DNA from: Propionibacterium ruminifibrarum
Lineage (GTDB): Bacteria > Actinomycetota > Actinomycetes > Propionibacteriales > Propionibacteriaceae
NCBI RefSeq assembly: GCF_900289195.1
Contig: NZ_OMOH01000011.1
Location: 45,839-77,838 of the forward strand
Reading direction: 5' to 3'
DNA: 32,000 bases
This document shows, in pieces, positions 27,041 through 32,000 of the stretch. The translations under genes were made by a program, and so were the position numbers. Each line of letters begins with the position of its first letter. Within the stretch, counting starts at the first letter, position 1. The notes below the pieces were generated by a model. It worked only from the letters and a program-made list of their open reading frames with translations, was not told the origin of the DNA and searched no databases.

Positions 27041-28594
27041 ATGCCCACGAGCCATGACCTCGTGCTGGTCGTCGATTACGGCGCGCAGTACGCGCAGCTG
27101 ATCGCCCGGCGCGTCCGCGAAGCGCACGTCTACTCCGAGATCATCCCGCACGCCACGCCGGTGCGCGAGATCGTCGCGAGGAAGCCGGCCGCCGTCATCC
27201 TGTCCGGCGGTCCCGCCTCGGTGTACGCCGACGGCGCCCCGGGCCTCGACCCGGCGCTGTTCGAGGCCGGCGTCCCTGTCTTCGGCATCTGCTACGGCTT
27301 CCAGGCCATGAGCCAGGCCTTGGGCGGCCGGGTCGAGCACACCGGCGACTCCGAGTACGGCCGCACCGCGCTCCGGATCACCGAGCCGGGCTGCCTGCTG
27401 GAGGGCATGGCCACCGACGCCACGGTGTGGATGAGTCACGGCGACTCGGTCACCAGCGCCCCCGCAGGCTTCACCGAACTGGCCCACACCGCCGGCGCAC
27501 CCGTCGCCGCCATCGAGGACCCGGGCAGGCGGATGGCCGGCGTGCAGTGGCACCCAGAGGTGCTGCACTCGCAGTTCGGCCAGCAGGTGCTCCAGCACTT
27601 CCTCTACGACATCGCCGGCTGCCGCCGCACCTGGGACAGCTCCTCGATCGTCGACGAGCAGGTGCGGGCCATCCGCGAGCAGGTCGGCGACCGGCGCGTC
27701 CTGTGCGGCCTGTCGGGCGGCGTCGACTCGGCCGTCGCCGCGGCACTCGTCCAGCGCGCCATCGGCGACCGGCTCACCTGCGTCTTCGTCGACCACGGCC
27801 TGCTGCGCAAGGGCGAGGCCGAACAGGTGCGCACCGACTTCGTCGCGGCCACCGGCGTCAACCTCGTCGTCATGGAGGAGTCCGAGCGCTTCCTCAGCGC
27901 CCTGGCCGGTGTTAGCGATCCGGAGACCAAGCGCAAGATCATCGGCCGCGAGTTCATCCGTTCCTTCGAGACGGCGGCCCGCCGGATCGCCGGCGACCGC
28001 GGCGTCGACCTCCTGTGCCAGGGCACGCTCTACCCCGACGTCGTCGAGTCCGGCGGCGGCGACGGCGCCTCGAACATCAAGAGCCACCACAACGTGGGCG
28101 GCCTGCCAGATGACCTGCAGTTCGAACTCATCGAGCCCCTGCGCGCCCTGTTCAAGGATGAGGTGCGCGCCGTCGGCACCGAACTGGGGCTGCCAGAGGC
28201 CATGGTGTGGCGTCAGCCGTTCCCGGGCCCCGGCCTGGGCATCCGCATCATCGGCGAGGTGACCCGCGAGCGCCTCGACCTGCTGCGCGAGGCAGACGCC
28301 ATCGCCCGCGCCGAGCTGACCGCCGCCGGCCTGGACCGAGAGGTCTGGCAGATGCCCGTCGTGCTGCTCGCCGACGTGCGGTCGGTGGGCGTGCAGGGCG
28401 ACCACCGCACCTATGGCCACCCGGTCGTGCTGCGCCCGGTGAGCAGCGAGGACGCGATGACGGCCGACTGGTCGCGGCTGCCCTACGAGGTGATCGAGCG
28501 CATCAGCACCCGTATCACCAACGAGTGCCCGCAGGTGAACCGTGTCGTGCTGGACTGCACCTCCAAGCCGCCGGGCACCATCGAGTGGGAGTGA
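27041..28594 (+). CDS. guaA: GMP synthase (glutamine-hydrolysing)
   Basis: 517 aa. The GATase domain has ICYGFQAM and QWHPEV. The ATP-pyrophosphatase loop is [10 protein letters not shown]. The C-terminus is KPPGTIEWE. Confidence 0.97.
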   Translation: MPTSHDLVLVVDYGAQYAQLIARRVREAHVYSEIIPHATPVREIVARKPAAVILSGGPASVYADGAPGLDPALFEAGVPVFGICYGFQAMSQALGGRVEHTGDSEYGRTALRITEPGCLLEGMATDATVWMSHGDSVTSAPAGFTELAHTAGAPVAAIEDPGRRMAGVQWHPEVLHSQFGQQVLQHFLYDIAGCRRTWDSSSIVDEQVRAIREQVGDRRVLCGLSGGVDSAVAAALVQRAIGDRLTCVFVDHGLLRKGEAEQVRTDFVAATGVNLVVMEESERFLSALAGVSDPETKRKIIGREFIRSFETAARRIAGDRGVDLLCQGTLYPDVVESGGGDGASNIKSHHNVGGLPDDLQFELIEPLRALFKDEVRAVGTELGLPEAMVWRQPFPGPGLGIRIIGEVTRERLDLLREADAIARAELTAAGLDREVWQMPVVLLADVRSVGVQGDHRTYGHPVVLRPVSSEDAMTADWSRLPYEVIERISTRITNECPQVNRVVLDCTSKPPGTIEWE

Positions 28595-28596
28595 AA

Positions 28597-28617
28597 ATTG
28601 GGAATGCAATTCCCAAT
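28597..28617 (-). terminator. AT-rich perfect hairpin between convergent guaA and the SDR gene; canonical terminator on the minus strand
   Basis: ATTGGGAAT-gca-ATTCCCAAT forms a 9-bp stem. On the minus strand it is followed by TTTTC, on the plus strand it is preceded by AAAA. This differs from the GC-rich, U-less hairpins elsewhere in the window. Confidence 0.6.
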
Positions 28618-28628
28618 ATCAGCGTCTG

Positions 28629-29279
28629 CTACTCGCAGAATGCCTCGAACCCCTGGTGCTCCTCGTACAGCTTCCATGCCGTCTCCGCGATCGAACCGGG
28701 CATGAGGCCTTCGCTCGAGCCCACGTTCCCCATGATCTCGACGATGCCCGCGAACACGCCCGTTCCGGAAAGCGATTCGTTGAGCATCTTCGCGTACGAG
28801 CGCAGCGCCGCCTTGTCCATGGACATGCAGGCGAAATCGGCGTACTCGTTGGGGTGGACGCCGAACCGGCCACCCGTGAACAGCACGGCCCCGGAACCCT
28901 GTTCGATCTGTCCCGGCAGTACCGCCTGCGTGCAGCGGATGGCTCCCGCCACATCGACGTTCCAGTGGTGCAGCGCATCCGCGGCGTCGAGTTCGCGAAC
29001 CGAACCACTTTCCATGACGGCGGCGTTGAACGCCATCACGTCCACGGTGCCGTGGCGTGCGGTGATGGCCGCGAAACCATCGGCAACGGAAGCGTCATCT
29101 CCGGCGTCGATCACTTGCACGTCCGCCTCGATGCCTTCTGTCGCGAGTTCTGCGACGTACTCCACGAGTTTCTCTTTTCGTCGCGCCGCAAGGACGACCG
29201 TGAACTCCTCCTGTGCGAGTCTTCTCGCTATAGCGTTTCCGACGCCCCTTCCGGCGCCCACCAGTACTGCTGTCTGCAT
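28629..29279 (-). CDS. Short-chain dehydrogenase/reductase-fold protein, atypical (catalytic Tyr and Ser not conserved)
   Basis: 216 aa. The Rossmann motif is VGAGRGVGNAIARRL, and FNAA stands in for NNAG. Where YxxxK is expected the sequence is M-S-M-D-K-AAL. Codon usage differs from the host genes (ata, aga, aaa, gga, gca). Confidence 0.75.
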   Translation of the reverse strand: MQTAVLVGAGRGVGNAIARRLAQEEFTVVLAARRKEKLVEYVAELATEGIEADVQVIDAGDDASVADGFAAITARHGTVDVMAFNAAVMESGSVRELDAADALHHWNVDVAGAIRCTQAVLPGQIEQGSGAVLFTGGRFGVHPNEYADFACMSMDKAALRSYAKMLNESLSGTGVFAGIVEIMGNVGSSEGLMPGSIAETAWKLYEEHQGFEAFCE

Positions 29280-29594
29280 GCTCGTGACCTCGTTTTCTTC
29301 TTTCGGGTCCTGTTGACATCGGTCCGGGTCGGCTTCAGGACGGCCCCGATCATGGGAGCTGCTGCACGGGGTATCGCACTTGAGTGCTACCCATTGTCAC
29401 GTGTACATACGAATCAAATTGTACCATGGCTGCCATGAATAAGACCTCCCGCTAGCAGGCCTCACAACTGGCGTCGTCGCAGTGGCCGCGTCAAGGTGCG
29501 GGGTACCTTCGGGTGGGGGCGTTTGTCTGGAAATGATTCTACTGCCGGAGGCTTGACGTTCGCCGGTGTCGACCAGTGATGAAAGGTGAGAGAC

Positions 29595-30203
29595 ATGAAC
29601 ATGACAGATGACTTCACATGGACAAGGGAACCGGAGCAGTATTCCATTGCCGCCGACCGGATAGAGATCACCACAGCTCCTCACACGGATCTGTGGCAGC
29701 GAACCTATTATCACTTCCGGAACGACAATGCTCCGGTGCTCCAAGTCGAAACGGAGGAGAAGTTTTTCTCCTTCATCGTGAGGACGGACTTCACCGGGAG
29801 TCACCACCGTTTCGACCAGTGCGGAGTTGTGATGTACCTGGACTCGGAGAACTGGTTGAAGGGCTCCGTGGAGTACGAGAACGAGAACTTCCAACATCTC
29901 GGCTCGGTGGTGACGAACCACGGGTACTCGGACTGGGCGACGACGGCCATCCCGGCTGATGTGAGGGTGATGTGGTACCGCCTCAGCAGGAGGGAGGACG
30001 ACTACTGCATCGAATGTTCTCAAGATGGCGAGAACTTCACGCAGATACGGGTCTGTCACATGTGGGAGGGCGCGGGGCCGATCCGGTTCGGTGTCTACGC
30101 CTGCAGCCCCGAGGACTCCAGCTTCACTGCCGTGTTCACCGACATGAAGATCACCGAATGCGCCTGGAAGGCGCATGACGGCCAGAAACCCGATGAGGAG
30201 TGA
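29595..30203 (+). CDS. DUF1349 family protein (ConA-like lectin/glucanase fold; Ree1-like)
   Basis: FTWTREPEQYSI..IEITTAPHTDLWQRTYYHF..DNAP...FDQCGVVMYLDSENWLKGSVEYEN...VVTNHGYSDWA...YRLSRREDDYCIECSQDG fits the DUF1349 pattern as I recall it. It has the lowest G+C in the window, by eye. The start could be ATG 29595, ATG 29601 or GTG 29586. Confidence 0.75.
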   Translation: MNMTDDFTWTREPEQYSIAADRIEITTAPHTDLWQRTYYHFRNDNAPVLQVETEEKFFSFIVRTDFTGSHHRFDQCGVVMYLDSENWLKGSVEYENENFQHLGSVVTNHGYSDWATTAIPADVRVMWYRLSRREDDYCIECSQDGENFTQIRVCHMWEGAGPIRFGVYACSPEDSSFTAVFTDMKITECAWKAHDGQKPDEE

Positions 30204-30339
30204 TACGGGGCGTTGGTCGGGGGAGTCGGACGGAAGTTGCCGGGCGAAGACGTGTCATCTCGACCGTCCCGTGACGGGGTGCAGTCGGTGTCCGGCCCCG
30301 CGTCCGACCCGTGTGGTCCGGAAGCGTTCGCGGCCCGCC

Positions 30340-31107
30340 TCAGAAGGTCACGGGCATGACCCTCTCAAGTCTCACGTGATCCGGGGCGATGCGGAAGTTC
30401 GCCTGCCACACCTCGACGCCGCGGGTCAGGCCGGCGTCCACGGTCGCCTTGACGGCGTCGTAGTTGGTGGATCGTTCGATGATCGCGAAGCCGGGGTTGT
30501 CGTACATGAAGCACGTGAGCAGTACCGCTTTATGGTGCTCGTCCAGGCTCCTCGCCAGCTCGCTCACATGACGCTGCATACGACTGGTGGACGAGAACGG
30601 CGTCGCCTTCTTCATCGCCACCCACTCCGGCACGTCCACCTGCAGGTGCTGCAGAGGAGTCTTCACCTCCAGGAAGGTGTCGCCCACCAGGAAGTCCAAC
30701 CTGCTCCCGCCCAGGAACACCTCCCGGCAGACGTCCTCACGCCGCCGACCGGGTTCACCACCGACGACCCCGGCCAACCCGCCGCAGCGCAGATAGTGCT
30801 CCACGTAGCGATTCGCCGCGTTCTGGTTGATGCCGATCCACTCCTTGACCTCATCCCCAGGCCGTGCGAGTGAGAGCGCCTCGACGGTCCCGGCGGTCTT
30901 GCGCCCCACGCCGTGCGCCAGTGACACCAGACAGGGACGCCCAGCCACGTCGATGCTGCCGATGCGCCCGGTCGTCGGACAATGGAAGGAGCGGCTCTCG
31001 CCATCCAGTTCCACGTCCATCGTGAACTGGCTCCTGCGCCGCAGGATCACGCCCTCGGAGAACGGTTCACCGAACTCGAAGGCGGGGAGGTCCGCGAACC
31101 CGCTCAC
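30340..31107 (-). CDS. sfsA: SfsA family protein (sugar fermentation stimulation protein homolog; nuclease-fold DNA-binding protein)
   Basis: 255 aa. It parallels E. coli SfsA at FHCPTTG (LHCPNTG), SRLDFLV (SRIDFML), LEVKT (IEVKS), RHVSELA (KHLRELM), GVEVWQANFRIA (GVEILAYKAEIS) and the C-terminal MPVTF (LPVTL). The GTG start follows the SD ggaggg. Confidence 0.85.
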   Translation of the reverse strand: MSGFADLPAFEFGEPFSEGVILRRRSQFTMDVELDGESRSFHCPTTGRIGSIDVAGRPCLVSLAHGVGRKTAGTVEALSLARPGDEVKEWIGINQNAANRYVEHYLRCGGLAGVVGGEPGRRREDVCREVFLGGSRLDFLVGDTFLEVKTPLQHLQVDVPEWVAMKKATPFSSTSRMQRHVSELARSLDEHHKAVLLTCFMYDNPGFAIIERSTNYDAVKATVDAGLTRGVEVWQANFRIAPDHVRLERVMPVTF

Positions 31108-31265
31108 GAGACCACCCTCCAGGGCTCCAGGCCCGTACGTTGATCCATGCGTGAGATCGTGACCTCATCCGGCCGCGAGACGTCAACGAGCATGGCCGCT
31201 CCTCCTTACGCGTTCGGTTGTTGCAGGCCAATGACGTGGCCGGTCGGGTCCTCCGGCCAGTTCGC

Positions 31266-31279
31266 CTGGCACCTGCCAG
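31266..31279. promoter_or_regulatory. Perfect palindrome CTGGCA-cc-TGCCAG in the sfsA/tetR divergent region (candidate TetR operator)
   Basis: Six-bp arms with a 2-nt spacer. It abuts a second inverted repeat, GTATCAG (31279-31285) ... CTGATAC (31318-31324), about 60 nt upstream of the TetR start. Confidence 0.3.
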
Positions 31280-31341
31280 TATCAGGCGTGGTCGTCGGCG
31301 AGACGGCCTGTACCGTGCTGATACGGAACAAAAAAGGTCAT

Positions 31342-31893
31342 ATGTCCTATTCTCTGAGAGGGGAGAGAGTGCGTCGCAAAGGCACCACGACAGACATGAT
31401 GCGCGACTTCGTGGCAGACGCCCTGTTGAGCCTGCTCGCCGACCGGGAGTACCGCGAGGTCACGATCAAGGAGCTCGCCTCCGAGGCAGGCGTCTCCCGC
31501 TCCACCTTCTACCGGCTCTTCGGTGACAAGGACACAGTGGTGTCCTGGTGGTACGGGGCTCTGATGGACGAGTACCTTCGTCTGTTCGCTGCGCGGGCCG
31601 ACCGCGGGCGTGGGGGCTACTTGAGGGCAATCTTCGACTGCTTCTACGCCCACCACGAGGAGCTCCTCCTGCTCCATGAGCGAGGGTGCACGCACCGGAT
31701 GCTCGGCGTGCTGCGCGACCGCCTCGGCGACGAGCGCGCGTCATACGCGTCCGCCTACCATGTCGGTGGTGTCTACGGCGTCATGGAGCAGTGGTTGGAC
31801 GCGCGCATGGACGACCCGCCGGAGAAGATGGCGGCCGAGGCGCTCGCCATCATGTCGCCGGGTTTCGTCCCGGCGGTGGTGGCCAAGGCCTAG
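31342..31893 (+). CDS. TetR/AcrR family transcriptional regulator
   Basis: The N-terminal HTH is EVTIKELASEAGVSRSTFYRLFGDKD. Track ORF 31147..31893 was trimmed. The start is ambiguous: ATG 31342, GTG 31369 after gaggggagag, or ATG 31396. Confidence 0.8.
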   Translation: MSYSLRGERVRRKGTTTDMMRDFVADALLSLLADREYREVTIKELASEAGVSRSTFYRLFGDKDTVVSWWYGALMDEYLRLFAARADRGRGGYLRAIFDCFYAHHEELLLLHERGCTHRMLGVLRDRLGDERASYASAYHVGGVYGVMEQWLDARMDDPPEKMAAEALAIMSPGFVPAVVAKA

Positions 31894-32000
31894 CTGTACT
31901 GATCGGGCTGGTTGGTTGAAGGACTGTGATCCAGGGGTGTGAACGCATGGGAGGGCCTTGCTGGTTGAGTGGGGATTGCGAAGTCGTCCACTGTCAGAAA

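Noticed and set aside
26876-28609. 577-aa ORF antisense to guaA, plus similar antisense or out-of-frame ORFs over the opu operon (14074..15384, 14634..16406), tsaD (9511..10785), bluB/cobT (10942..12381) and guaB3 (24279..25322)
   Set aside because: The reason is the same in every case. Each overlaps a gene with strong family motifs on the other strand or frame, and each encodes low-complexity sequence.
29397-30176. 259-aa minus-strand ORF antisense to the DUF1349 gene
   Set aside because: The plus-strand product matches a recognisable family end to end. The antisense product is His/Arg/Val-rich with no motifs and no SD.
31894-32000. Short repeated gctggttg words after the TetR stop, considered as a possible IS or att end
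   Set aside because: The stretch is too short and imperfect to interpret. The window ends before any partner sequence or mobility gene could be seen.

Overview
High-GC actinobacterial chromosome segment (roughly 70% G+C by eye). It most resembles a Propionibacteriaceae-type genome, because it carries the BluB/CobT fusion gene known from Propionibacterium freudenreichii. I can support about 30 protein genes. I recognised no rRNA, tRNA, CRISPR array, transposase or integrase. Gene order, left to right: coaA (-), glmS, acpS, nnr, a DEAD-box RNA helicase with a long Arg-rich N-terminal extension, and an orphan acidic ORF. Next is a fully translationally coupled t6A operon (GNAT-tsaE fusion, tsaB, rimI, tsaD), then the bluB/cobT fusion coupled to an MTH1-like Nudix hydrolase. 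A 4-gene OpuC-type osmoprotectant ABC operon follows, then tandem CIRCE operators with groES-groEL, then guaB. A convergent ald-cycA pair (-) comes next, followed by guaB3, an AroQ chorismate mutase, cysK (-) and guaA. Immediately after guaA lies a visibly lower-GC block with atypical codon usage: an SDR lacking the catalytic Tyr (-), DUF1349, sfsA (-) and a TetR regulator. Overall this is a conserved actinobacterial housekeeping backbone interrupted by several inserted modules. I found no defence or mobile system I can name. The candidates most worth follow-up are: the GNAT-TsaE fusion; the Nudix gene coupled to BluB/CobT; a degenerate ~60-nt tandem motif array upstream of the opu operon; the orphan acidic protein; and the low-GC block starting at the 3' end of guaA, which runs off the window. 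Many long ORFs in the six-frame track are antisense or out-of-frame high-GC artefacts and were rejected.
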